Shown here piece by piece: positions 27,245 through 36,248 of a stretch of DNA of 39,445 bases. Made by a program: the position numbers and the translations under genes. Origin of the DNA: an archaeon UBA168. GTDB taxonomy: Archaea > Thermoproteota > Thermoprotei_A > Marsarchaeales > UBA168. Under the pieces are notes generated by a model. That model did not search any database. It was not told the DNA's origin and saw only the letters and a program-made list of their open reading frames with translations. Position 1 is the first letter of the stretch; each line of letters starts with the position of its first letter. Where the stretch lies: NCBI GenBank assembly GCA_002507085.1, contig DAYW01000010.1, positions 47,897 to 87,341 of the forward strand, given 5' to 3'.

Positions 27245-28822
27245 TCATGCTTTGCCGATCGGGACGCGCGCCGTGGGAAGGGGTGGACGCAGTTGGAAGA
27301 CGGGCTCAAGTCCCGCCCGCATTACGCTCGATATTTCATCCTGCCCTAGCAGCTTTGGCCTCGCAAGCGTTCTAGCCACTTGCAGCACGTCATATGGGAT
27401 CTTTAGCACGTAGAACATCTGAAGTGGTAACCTCCCCATAACGTACTTGCCCATGGTAGCCGCATAGCGGTTTTCCGGCCCCTTGATCACCAGCCCTGAC
27501 TTGGAGAAGAGGTATCTTTCGATGTAGAAGGCGTAATTGGCCACCCTAGAAGCCAGGTACGCCCACACGGGATTCACAGATCCCCTCAGAAGCGGGTGCA
27601 GGCAGTCATAAAGATGCCAATCAAAGCTGATTATCTTGTTGTCCTTCAAAAGCTTGTAGAAGCTCGTGGAACCCGGAAGCGGCGTGTAGAGGGTGAACTG
27701 AATCGCGTCAAGCCCCCTTTTAGCGAGCTCTATGGAGAACTTCACGCTCCTCTTAAGGGAGTCCCACGTCTCGTAGGGCGCGCCAAGTATCATACCACCG
27801 AAAACGGTGACGCCCAGCTTATGGAGCACTTCAACCGCCCTAGCGGACATATTGGTCGTTATCCCTTTCTTCATCTCCCTCAAGGTCTTGTCGTCCCCGG
27901 ATTCGATCCCTATGAAGGCAAGGATCATTCCCGCCTTGGCAGCGGCCTCCATCACGTCCGGCCTTCTCACCACGAGGTCGGCCCTTATCTGCGCGAACCA
28001 CCTTACATCAGGAGCCTGTTGCGATATGGAGCTAAAGAGCCTCTTCCTGGACTCCTCGCTTCCGGGTATAACAAGATCGTCATCCACGAAGAACATGTAC
28101 TTGTATCCCATGTCCCTAAGCGCGTTTATCTCCTTCATTATCCTGCCTTCGCTCTTCATCCTCCAGGAATGCCCCCACATCGCCGTAACTGAGCAAAACT
28201 CGCAGTTGTAAGGACAACCCCTGGCCGTCTCTATCGTTGCGAACTTCGCCCCCCTCTCTATGACGTCGGCCCTGTAGCTGTCTTGCTCTATGAGATCCCA
28301 CGCAGGCATGGGCGATTCATCAAGGTTTGCCAGAGGGGGCCTTGGAGGGGTGAGCTTTACCTCACCGTGATCGGTGTAGGCTATGCCCTGAACTGATGAC
28401 GGCGATCTGCCATTGGCTATCGAATTCATAAGATCAACGGTGGTGACCTCTCCCTCTCCCCTAACCACGTAATCAAAGCCGTCCCTCAGCACAACAGGAT
28501 ACATAAACGTTGCGTGATGCCCGCCTGCAAAGGTGACCAAATCCTTGTCTTCTTTCTTTATGGCCTTCGCAACGTCGGCTGCGTCAGGATAGTATGACGT
28601 AGCTATGGTGGTAAACCCCACAGCATCATAGTTAAGCACCTTTCTGGCAAACTCCTCCGGCGCGCTCTTGTGTATCATGCGATCGTATATGCTTACCTCA
28701 TGCCCGGCATCGCGCAGACCTCCGGCCAGCTCCGCCAATCCCAGGGGAGGCATCCTTATCCCAAAGGAGTTGTAGTAGCCTTCGCCATAGGGGTCATAGG
28801 GCTTCACCAGCAGTATCTTCAT
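27245..28822 (-). CDS. grsA: B12-binding radical SAM protein, probable GDGT cyclopentane ring synthase (GrsA-like)
   Basis: PPLGL, AGGHHATF, RGCPYNCEFCSVTAMWG, FFVDD, GIESG, GAPYE, YTPLPGS, DCLHP. B12-rSAM class is secure; the Grs call is from recalled similarity to the Sulfolobus acidocaldarius enzymes. Confidence 0.75.
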   Translation of the reverse strand: MKILLVKPYDPYGEGYYNSFGIRMPPLGLAELAGGLRDAGHEVSIYDRMIHKSAPEEFARKVLNYDAVGFTTIATSYYPDAADVAKAIKKEDKDLVTFAGGHHATFMYPVVLRDGFDYVVRGEGEVTTVDLMNSIANGRSPSSVQGIAYTDHGEVKLTPPRPPLANLDESPMPAWDLIEQDSYRADVIERGAKFATIETARGCPYNCEFCSVTAMWGHSWRMKSEGRIMKEINALRDMGYKYMFFVDDDLVIPGSEESRKRLFSSISQQAPDVRWFAQIRADLVVRRPDVMEAAAKAGMILAFIGIESGDDKTLREMKKGITTNMSARAVEVLHKLGVTVFGGMILGAPYETWDSLKRSVKFSIELAKRGLDAIQFTLYTPLPGSTSFYKLLKDNKIISFDWHLYDCLHPLLRGSVNPVWAYLASRVANYAFYIERYLFSKSGLVIKGPENRYAATMGKYVMGRLPLQMFYVLKIPYDVLQVARTLARPKLLGQDEISSVMRAGLEPVFQLRPPLPTARVPIGKA

Positions 28823-28880
28823 GGCCTTTCACATGCATAAAGGGCTTATATTTTTACGTCTTACCTTTTTGAGAAAAAGT

Positions 28881-29606
28881 TCATGCTGAAGTCAAGGCCT
28901 CAAGAGCCACCTTAGTTGCCCTCTGCGCGTACGCCTTCATCTGCGAGGCGTCAAGCATCGTGGTGCGTTCAATCATGTTGTCGCTTATCATAAGCAGGGC
29001 GGCCGACCTGTATCCCCTTATCTGCCCGAGCGCGAAGAGCGTGGCGCACTCCATTTCGACTGCCGCAAATCCAAGCGACGAAAGCCTCTGCGCGAAACCG
29101 GGATCCTCGGCATAGAACGCGTCACTCGAGAAAACGGGTCCGATCTTGTACTGCAGGCCCTCCTCGCTGGCCGCTTTCACGAGCGCGCTTACCAACTCGT
29201 GATCTGGCGCTGGGGCAAGGCATATGTCCTTAACGTACTGTCCAATGGTACCCCCAGGGTTGCTGGCTGCAGAGCTAGGTATGACCAAGTCGCCGTACTT
29301 CTGCCCGGGCGCAAGCCCTCCAGCCGTTCCAAGCCTTATCATGACCTTTGCCCCGTACTGGTAAAGCTCTTCAAAAACTATGGCGGCGGAAGGACCGCCC
29401 ACTCCATGGCAAGCCACGCTCACGGGTTTATCGTTATAAAAGCCCGTGTAGACGTAAAAGCCCCTGTTGCTGTTCACAAGCCTAGCATCCTTCAACACCT
29501 CGGACACGAGCTTTACCCTTTCTGGATCTCCTGCCACAAGAACTCTTTCAGCCAAGTCACTTTTTTTCAACTTTATGTGAAGAGGTTCTATTGCCATTTT
29601 CGTCAA
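28881..29606 (-). CDS. deoD: Purine nucleoside phosphorylase (DeoD-type, PNP_UDP_1)
   Basis: GDPERV, NRG, HGVGGPS, IRLGTAG, SSDAFY, VEMECA. Confidence 0.9.
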   Translation of the reverse strand: MTKMAIEPLHIKLKKSDLAERVLVAGDPERVKLVSEVLKDARLVNSNRGFYVYTGFYNDKPVSVACHGVGGPSAAIVFEELYQYGAKVMIRLGTAGGLAPGQKYGDLVIPSSAASNPGGTIGQYVKDICLAPAPDHELVSALVKAASEEGLQYKIGPVFSSDAFYAEDPGFAQRLSSLGFAAVEMECATLFALGQIRGYRSAALLMISDNMIERTTMLDASQMKAYAQRATKVALEALTSA

Positions 29607-29643
29607 TATGCGACTAGCGATTAAATATAAACCTTAGGCGCGA

Positions 29644-30900
29644 TCAAAAGCTCCTCAGATCGATAGGGGTTGCTTCCATGACCTTGACCTTTAACCTTTC
29701 CCCTGGAGACGCCGGTCTCCTCAGAACTACCTGCTTGTAATTCTCGGTCCTTGCCGTTGGACAGCTACCACCCTGCACGACCAGCGCATCTACTTCCTTT
29801 CCCACGTATTCCCGGTTTATCTCGAGAGCCCTCTGCTTCCAAAGCGCGGATAGGAGGTCGCTCCTGGCCTTTTTGATTGGGTCGGGTACCTGTTCCCACG
29901 CGGCGGCATCCGTCAACGGGCGGGGCGAATACCTAGCGACGTTCACCTTGTCGAACTTAACCCTCTTCATTGCGTCAACAGTTAAGGAGAAGTCCTCGTC
30001 CGTTTCTCCTGGAAAGCCAACTATGATATCGGTGTGCACTGATGCATCTGGAAAAGCGCTCCTGACCTTTCTGAGTATCTCAAAGGCCTCATCTGAAGTG
30101 TAACCGCGCCTCATGTCCTTGAGAACTTTATCGCTGAAGCTCTGAACTGGCACATGAAAGAACTTGAAGACCTTTCTTGAGCGATAAGCCTCCAAAAGGT
30201 CGTCTATCCAATCCAGAAGCCCGCGTGGGTTTATCATTCCAACCCTCACGCGAAAGTCACCAGGAAGATCGGCCATCATGCCTAGCAGCTCTGGAAAGCT
30301 CATGCCGAGGTCCTTTCCCCACGAGTTTATCTCCACGGCCGTGACGTCGACCTCAACCGCGCCCTTTTCCACGGCCTCTTTTACAAGCCTCAATAGGGTT
30401 CCTGGCGGATAGCTGGCTATGACCCCCCTGGCGAGCTTTGTGGCGCAAAAGGAGCAGTTCCCCCCACAACCGGTCCCGATTGGGATCGTGTAAATGGGGC
30501 CTTTGGGAGGGGGAGGGAGAAGATCGCCCAGTTCACCGCTTAGATCACATCCAAGCGACTCCAGAAACCGGCGCCTGTCCCTCAGCGGAATAACGCTGGC
30601 CCCCGCCGACAGCCCCACCGAGGGATAAGCCTCGGCCGAGCAGCCGGTCACTATGACTTCCTTTCCCGCATCCCTAAACCTCCTTATTGATGATGATAGC
30701 TTCCTGTCCGATGCCTCCCTAACCGCGCATCCGTTTATTATGATCACGTCAGCGTCTTCGCTATCTTCAACTATGACCATGCCGGCGTCCCGCAGCGACT
30801 TGGCGAGGCCCTTGGCATCCGCCTGGCTCAGCGCGCATCCCATGCCCTCAACAAAGGCCCTCTTTCCCTTAATTGCTGTAAAGTCCAAGCCTTTGGCCAA
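29644..30900 (-). CDS. mtaB: tRNA methylthiotransferase (archaeal MtaB-type): MTTase-N, radical SAM and TRAM domains
   Basis: GC/NGC/TGC triad, GCGGNCSFC, HVPVQS, TDIIVGFPGET, YSPRP, RTENYK. Confidence 0.88.
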   Translation of the reverse strand: MAKGLDFTAIKGKRAFVEGMGCALSQADAKGLAKSLRDAGMVIVEDSEDADVIIINGCAVREASDRKLSSSIRRFRDAGKEVIVTGCSAEAYPSVGLSAGASVIPLRDRRRFLESLGCDLSGELGDLLPPPPKGPIYTIPIGTGCGGNCSFCATKLARGVIASYPPGTLLRLVKEAVEKGAVEVDVTAVEINSWGKDLGMSFPELLGMMADLPGDFRVRVGMINPRGLLDWIDDLLEAYRSRKVFKFFHVPVQSFSDKVLKDMRRGYTSDEAFEILRKVRSAFPDASVHTDIIVGFPGETDEDFSLTVDAMKRVKFDKVNVARYSPRPLTDAAAWEQVPDPIKKARSDLLSALWKQRALEINREYVGKEVDALVVQGGSCPTARTENYKQVVLRRPASPGERLKVKVMEATPIDLRSF

Positions 30901-31507
30901 CCCTTCCGATCACCCTCCTTGAAAGCGGTGAAAGCCTTCCACCGCCGTTTGTCTCGCCTTTTCTGACAGCCTTCAGCACGTCTTCCCAGTTATCCGCGCT
31001 CTCGAGGCCTCCTCCATAAGTATAGCCGTTGCCGACCTCCCAGGGAAAGTGAGCGTCGCTGCCGCCAGTTCTCGCGAAGCCCGTCATGGAGGCCGCCCTA
31101 CGGTTGGACCCAAACCAGTTAGACGCGTTGAAGACCTCGACCCCATCCACTCTGGCGCCGCGTTCCAAGGCCTTTCCCATGCCCATCTTAAACCCAGAAA
31201 AAGGATGTGCGGCCACCGCTAGGCCTCCCCTTTGATGTATAAACTCAACTGCCTCTTCAAGGCTCACGCCCTTAGCTGGGCACTCGTAAATGCCAAGGCC
31301 CAGAAGGTGACCCACGGCCGTGCTGATCTCTACGCCTGGGACCACTATTAGCTCCTTCTCGCCCTTGAAGGAAGCGATTCCGTCCGTGGTGTTGTGGTCT
31401 GTGACCGCGAAACCTGACAGCCCTTTGCGCTTTGCAAAAGCTATGATGTCCTTTGGCTTGTTCACCGAGTCCTTGGAAAAAACCGTATGAACGTGAAGGT
31501 CGAACAT
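30869..31507 (-). CDS. PHP-domain metal-dependent phosphoesterase
   Basis: DLHVHT, VTDHN, GVEIS, AAHP, GGSDAH; start reassigned to ATG 31507 to avoid overlap with metG. Confidence 0.9.
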   Translation of the reverse strand: MFDLHVHTVFSKDSVNKPKDIIAFAKRKGLSGFAVTDHNTTDGIASFKGEKELIVVPGVEISTAVGHLLGLGIYECPAKGVSLEEAVEFIHQRGGLAVAAHPFSGFKMGMGKALERGARVDGVEVFNASNWFGSNRRAASMTGFARTGGSDAHFPWEVGNGYTYGGGLESADNWEDVLKAVRKGETNGGGRLSPLSRRVIGRVGQRLGLYSN

Positions 31508-31523
31508 CCTCAAAAAATTCGCC

Positions 31524-33488
31524 TCAGTGTATCCTCGAGCCCTCGGGGACATCGCGCATCGGAACCAGTATGCCAAGCGAGCCATCGCTTCCCTCGGCCG
31601 CCAGCACCATGCACTCGGACTTTTCGCCCATCATTTCCCTGCCCTTTATGTTGACAAGAACGGCGATCTTTTTTCCTATGAGATCCTCTGGCTCGTACTT
31701 TAGCCCCAGCCCGCCCAAGGTGGTCTTCGTGAAGCCCCCAAAGTCAAACTTTATGCGCAGGAGCTTCTTCGATCCCTGCACCCTTTCGGCGCTTATCACC
31801 CTTCCTATCCTTATGTCGATCTTCTGGAAGTCTTCTATGCCTATCTCGGGAAGCAACGGCTCGATCGGCTTCTTGGGCGAGACCTTGGAGAAGACCGTGT
31901 GCGGTTTGGAGACCCTGCTGCCCGGGGCTAACTCACGCCCCACGCTCTCCCAGCCTGGATTAAGCCCAAGGAAGGACAGCATAGTCGAAGCCGATGCTGG
32001 GGCTATGGGATAAAGCATCAGCGCTATGTCCTTTGCCACGTTGCTGGCCACGTAAATCGTGTCCTTGCCCTTTCCCTCCTTGACCTGCTTCCAAGGCTCC
32101 CTTTCGTTCACGTATCTGTTTCCTGCCCTCGCGAGCGCGAGCATCTCTTCCACCGCGGATGACAGAGATGTCCTATCCATGGCCTCCGCGTAGGCCCTTG
32201 CCTTTTCGCTGGCATAGCTCATGAGCTCCTTGCTTTCGGCGTCAAGCTCTCCCGGATCGGGTATTTGGCCACCAAAGAACTGATCCACAAAGGTGAGCGT
32301 CCTGTGGACGTAGTTTCCGAGCGTGTCGTTGAGGTCAGAGTTGACCCTTCCCATGGATGACTCGATAGTTATGGAGGTGTCCTTGCTTTCGGGTCTCACC
32401 TGCATAAGCACAAACCTCCAGTACTCAGCGGGCATGACCGAAAGGGCCTCATCGCTCCATATTCCTTTCTTCTTGCTCTTAGACGCTTTTTCTCCACCGA
32501 AAAGTATGAACTCCGTTGAGCTCACAGTCCAAGGAAGGACGTAGTCCTCGCCGGAAGCCATCAGGAGGGCGGGCAAAATTATGGTATGGAACGGGATGTT
32601 GTCCTTTCCCACGAAGCACACAAACCTCGTTTGCTTATCGAACCAGTAATCCTTCCACCTGTCGGGCTCCCCCCTCAGCTCGAAGTACTCCTTCGTGGCG
32701 GAGACGTAACCAAGAACGGCTTCCATCCAGACGTAAATGGTCTTTCCCTCGGCCCCAGGAAAGGGCGCCGGTATGCCCCACCGGTTGTCGCGCGTTACGG
32801 AGCGGGGCTTGAGCCCGTCCCTTATCATTGCAAGACTCGTGCTTTTCGCGTTGTCCGGCAGGGCGCTGTTGGACTTTATGTAGGCCTCAAGCCTATCTGA
32901 AAAAGCGGGAAGGTCAAAGTCCCACTCATAAGTGGTCTTCCAAGTTATGGGCTCATCGCAGAAAACTCCTCTTGGATTTATCAGGAGCTTTGGCTCAAGC
33001 AGCCTTCCGCAGTTATCGCACTGGTCTCCATGCGCCTCGGGATAGCCGCAGTATGGGCAAGTGCCAACCACGAACCTATCAGGCAAAAACATCTTCTTCT
33101 CCTCGCAGTAAGGCATCTCGATCTCGCGCTTCGTTATGTAACCGTTCTTGTAGATCTTTTCGTAGAAATCCCTCACAAATGACTTATGCACTTCGCTCTC
33201 AGTGCGCGTGTAGTTGTCGAAGTTTATCTCCCAAGCCTTGAGTATTTCAAGTATCTTCTTGTGGTTTTCGTCGGTTATCTGCTTGGGATCAACTCCTCTT
33301 CTCACAGCCTCTACTTCGATCGGTGTTCCATGCTCGTCCGAGCCGCTGACCATAACCACGTTGTCGCCTTGCATCCTCAGATAGCGCGTGAAAACGTCTG
33401 CCGAAAGCAGATGTATAAGGGTGCCCAGGTGGGGCTCGTAGTTAACGTACGGCCAAGCCGAGGTCACTACCCACTTTCTACCAGACAT
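31524..33488 (-). CDS. metG: Methionine--tRNA ligase with C-terminal tRNA-binding domain
   Basis: SAWPYVN, HLGT, SGSDEHGTP, zinc knuckles, YVWMEA, GKDNIPFH, KASKS, C-terminal OB fold. Confidence 0.97.
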   Translation of the reverse strand: MSGRKWVVTSAWPYVNYEPHLGTLIHLLSADVFTRYLRMQGDNVVMVSGSDEHGTPIEVEAVRRGVDPKQITDENHKKILEILKAWEINFDNYTRTESEVHKSFVRDFYEKIYKNGYITKREIEMPYCEEKKMFLPDRFVVGTCPYCGYPEAHGDQCDNCGRLLEPKLLINPRGVFCDEPITWKTTYEWDFDLPAFSDRLEAYIKSNSALPDNAKSTSLAMIRDGLKPRSVTRDNRWGIPAPFPGAEGKTIYVWMEAVLGYVSATKEYFELRGEPDRWKDYWFDKQTRFVCFVGKDNIPFHTIILPALLMASGEDYVLPWTVSSTEFILFGGEKASKSKKKGIWSDEALSVMPAEYWRFVLMQVRPESKDTSITIESSMGRVNSDLNDTLGNYVHRTLTFVDQFFGGQIPDPGELDAESKELMSYASEKARAYAEAMDRTSLSSAVEEMLALARAGNRYVNEREPWKQVKEGKGKDTIYVASNVAKDIALMLYPIAPASASTMLSFLGLNPGWESVGRELAPGSRVSKPHTVFSKVSPKKPIEPLLPEIGIEDFQKIDIRIGRVISAERVQGSKKLLRIKFDFGGFTKTTLGGLGLKYEPEDLIGKKIAVLVNIKGREMMGEKSECMVLAAEGSDGSLGILVPMRDVPEGSRIH

Positions 33489-33566
33489 AATTCATACAGC
33501 CATCAGGGTATAAAAGCTGAGGGGTCGGCTACAGGTCAATTGCCCTGTTTTTTGCCCTCGCGTCGG

Positions 33567-34472
33567 TTAGTACTTTATGATCTCAAGGTGTTTTGCCCTG
33601 TAAAAGTTGTAGGCGTCCGTCATCGACAGCTTGTACTCGTCCCCGTCCTTCTTCTTCAAAACTAGGTCGTAGCCGTCAGCGCCCTCCACGCTTGCCACCT
33701 CGCCGTCAAGCACCACAGAGCTGCCCAGCCTAAGCCTGAATATCCTCACCAGAGAGATCTTTTGGTAAACCAGCCTACCGTCCCTTTCCTTTTTCAGCAG
33801 CTTCTGGCTGTAACTCGTCTGCGCGAGAAACCGCTTCTCCAGCTCACGCCTTAAGTTCAGCGAGAAGCTTGGAGAGTAAGCCTGCACGTCAACTCCACCC
33901 TCCTTCTCATCGAACTTAAGGGGCATTTCCGAATGCCTCTGCGCCATAAACTCAACCATGTGCCTTAGCCTTGCCACCTCATCGCTATCAAGCCTGCGCC
34001 CCTCCCCCCTTATCTGGATCAAGTATGGGTAGTTTTTCTCCTGAGCCATGGCACATGAAGGACATATGGAGCTCTCATAAGAGATCTCCAGTTCGCCTTT
34101 CTCATCCTTAACAAGCCCAAAGCCCACGTTTACCTCGGCGGTAAAGGCTACCCTTGCCCCGCTGCTGTGCTCGCCCACGTGGTCTACCTTGATTTCGTAT
34201 CCCTCGCTGTCCTTGAGCACGCCGTATAGGGCCGAGTACACGAGGTCTGCCCAGCCCTCCCCTGTTGGCGCAGGTATCCACTGCCCTTTCCACCTTATCG
34301 ATCCGCATACCCTGCACTTGGGAACCCTTACCTTTATGAGCGCGGGTAGCCGATCTATGTGGGACAACGCGCACTCCTCGCACAGGTTGCCCTCTCCCAA
34401 GTGGTGGGGGCTTTCGCGTGAGTATCCCCTTCCATCCTTGAGCTCCTTTCCGCAGAGCGCACAAACTCTCAA
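33567..34472 (-). CDS. nmd3: NMD3 family ribosome-associated protein
   Basis: Four CxxC pairs (CALC, CEEC, CRVC, CPSC), IQIRG, GGVDV. Confidence 0.85.
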   Translation of the reverse strand: MRVCALCGKELKDGRGYSRESPHHLGEGNLCEECALSHIDRLPALIKVRVPKCRVCGSIRWKGQWIPAPTGEGWADLVYSALYGVLKDSEGYEIKVDHVGEHSSGARVAFTAEVNVGFGLVKDEKGELEISYESSICPSCAMAQEKNYPYLIQIRGEGRRLDSDEVARLRHMVEFMAQRHSEMPLKFDEKEGGVDVQAYSPSFSLNLRRELEKRFLAQTSYSQKLLKKERDGRLVYQKISLVRIFRLRLGSSVVLDGEVASVEGADGYDLVLKKKDGDEYKLSMTDAYNFYRAKHLEIIKY

Positions 34473-34474
34473 AT

Positions 34475-35359
34475 CTAAAAATAGACGTAACGCGTTTTTA
34501 AACTCATCTTTAGAAAGGGCCCGCGAGCTCGCCTGCTCTTGAGCAATGAGGGGAAGAAGAAGCGCTTGCCCGCCGCGGACTTCGCGTCATCCCACTCCTT
34601 AAGGATCTTTACGCTTTCGTTTGCAACCTTGATCGCGTCGTCAATCCCAGCGTTTGCGTCAAACTCCCCTGTCTCCCTTTGGGCTATGACCGCCGTTATC
34701 GCGCCGGCCCTTCCTCCGTACAGCCTTGCAACGGTGAAAAGCGTGGCCGTCTCCATCTCGAAGTTAAGCACCCCGGCCCGCCGCAGGTCAGGCAGGAGTT
34801 CCCGCATCCAGCTCTGCTCGTAACCCCTGTATCCCGGCCTGCCCTGGCCTGTGTAAAACGTGTCGCTGCTCGCGGTAACGCCTACGTGATACCTTACCCC
34901 CAGCCGTTCGGAAGCCTCTATGAGGGCCATGGTTACCTCCAGATCTGCCGCAGCAGGGTACTCCGGTCTTACGTACTGCTTGCTTGCTCCATCCAGCCTA
35001 ACGGAGGCCGCGCTGATTATGAGGTCACCGAGCCTTATATCCTTTTGAATGGCACCCGTGGTGCCCACCCTTATGAAAGTGTCAGCCCCAATCCTGAACA
35101 GCTCCTCAAGCGCAATTGAAAGACTTGGTCCTCCTATTCCCGTTGATGTGCAGGATATCCCTACCCCGGCATAGGTACCCGTGTGCGTTACGTATTCCCT
35201 GTGCGAGGCCCTGAACCTAACGCTGTCCCACCGCGATGATATGCGCTCGGTTCTCGACGGGTCGCCCGGCAACAGCACGTACCTCTCGACGTCGCCAGGA
35301 CCACAGGCTATGTGATATTCCTTACCGTTTACTTTCGGCTCCTCAGCGGCCACTTCCAT
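34475..35359 (-). CDS. udp: Uridine phosphorylase
   Basis: YHI, LLPGDPSR, HREY, STGIGGPS, IRVGTTG, RLDGAS, SDTFYTGQGR, NFEME; start reassigned to ATG 35359. Confidence 0.93.
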   Translation of the reverse strand: MEVAAEEPKVNGKEYHIACGPGDVERYVLLPGDPSRTERISSRWDSVRFRASHREYVTHTGTYAGVGISCTSTGIGGPSLSIALEELFRIGADTFIRVGTTGAIQKDIRLGDLIISAASVRLDGASKQYVRPEYPAAADLEVTMALIEASERLGVRYHVGVTASSDTFYTGQGRPGYRGYEQSWMRELLPDLRRAGVLNFEMETATLFTVARLYGGRAGAITAVIAQRETGEFDANAGIDDAIKVANESVKILKEWDDAKSAAGKRFFFPSLLKSRRARGPFLKMSLKTRYVYF

Positions 35360-35730
35360 CGCCCCAGGCGAAAACCGTCGGGCAAAAGCTCCCTTAGCTT
35401 GTGCACCTTTCCGCCATATATGACGTCCATATCTGGTGAGAACTCGCTCAAGACCTGACGGCACGCCCCGCAGGGAGACGGGTTTACGGAATCAGATGCC
35501 ACGGCTATGGCTTGGAAATCCCTGAAGCCCTCTGACACGGCCTTAAATACGGCCACCCTTTCAGCGCACATGGAAAGCCCATATGAAGCGTTTTCGACGT
35601 TGCAGCCAGTGAAGACCCGTCCATCTTTTGTCAATAGGGCCGCGCCCACTCTTATCTTGGAGTACGGGGAGTAAGAGTTCTTCATGGCCTCTTCCGCTGC
35701 CTTAACGAGATCCGCGTACCTATTATCCAT
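35329..35730 (-). CDS. cdd: Cytidine deaminase (tetrameric type)
   Basis: SYSPYS, VGAA, GCNVENASY, CAER, PCGACRQ; start reassigned to ATG 35730. Confidence 0.94.
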   Translation of the reverse strand: MDNRYADLVKAAEEAMKNSYSPYSKIRVGAALLTKDGRVFTGCNVENASYGLSMCAERVAVFKAVSEGFRDFQAIAVASDSVNPSPCGACRQVLSEFSPDMDVIYGGKVHKLRELLPDGFRLGRWKWPLRSRK

Positions 35731-35745
35731 GGTAATGGAAGCGAA

Positions 35746-35868
35746 ACCGCTGTTAAGGGTAGCGAGGAACGCGCCAAAGCCCTCGCAAAAGATCAATACC
35801 GTCCACCGCGACGCCATGCAACCCTCGAAGCTCCCACGTTGCGGCGTGCTTCCACCCTTATCAGCGGT
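35746..35868 (-). ncRNA. Candidate structured RNA (three-way junction) upstream of cdd-udp
   Basis: 14/15-bp closing helix 35746-35760/35854-35868 plus two internal hairpins; TATA-like element about 23-29 nt upstream on the minus strand. Confidence 0.5.
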
Positions 35869-35932
35869 CACCCGCGCAATACATTTTCTCCTTAAAACTT
35901 TAATGCAGATCTTGGGCTTTACTTTGATAAGT

Positions 35933-36244
35933 TTGTCAGATGAAGAAGGAGGAAGAAGAAGGCCAAAGTTTTCAGCAAACCTACCCTTCGAGGGATCTTC
36001 GGGGGAGACTTATTACCTGAAGTTTGCCGTTTGGGATGGAAAAGGGGGCAGTCACGTCTACACCGCGACGCTGACCGTTCGCGAGGGATCGAACTACACC
36101 GACGTGGCCAAAATAAGCGTGGCTGAAAGGGATCAATCGTTCAAGCTCATATCAAAGAAGCTTTACGGCGAAGAACAGCTGAAGTACAGGGGAGGTTCAG
36201 ACACCTCCGAGAACGCAGATGATGAAAGCGATAACGGCTTCTGA
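35933..36244 (+). CDS. Hypothetical protein, 103 aa, beta-rich core with acidic C-terminal tail
   Basis: Probable leaderless TTG start at 35933, about 28-35 nt after TATA-like CTTTAATG; the longer ORF-track N-terminus overlaps cdd and is unlikely. Confidence 0.72.
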   Translation: MSDEEGGRRRPKFSANLPFEGSSGETYYLKFAVWDGKGGSHVYTATLTVREGSNYTDVAKISVAERDQSFKLISKKLYGEEQLKYRGGSDTSENADDESDNGF

Positions 36245-36248
36245 GCGA

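Noticed and set aside
35746-35868. 5S rRNA interpretation of the three-way junction element
   Set aside because: Size and topology fit, but the conserved 5S sequences (CCAUAGC, loop C CGAAC, GAAGUUAAGC) are absent on both strands; the closing helix also does not form a canonical BHB.
35360-35932. ORF-track N-terminal extensions of udp, cdd and the 186-aa plus-strand ORF
   Set aside because: They overlap neighbouring genes or the structured element; family homology begins at the downstream starts.
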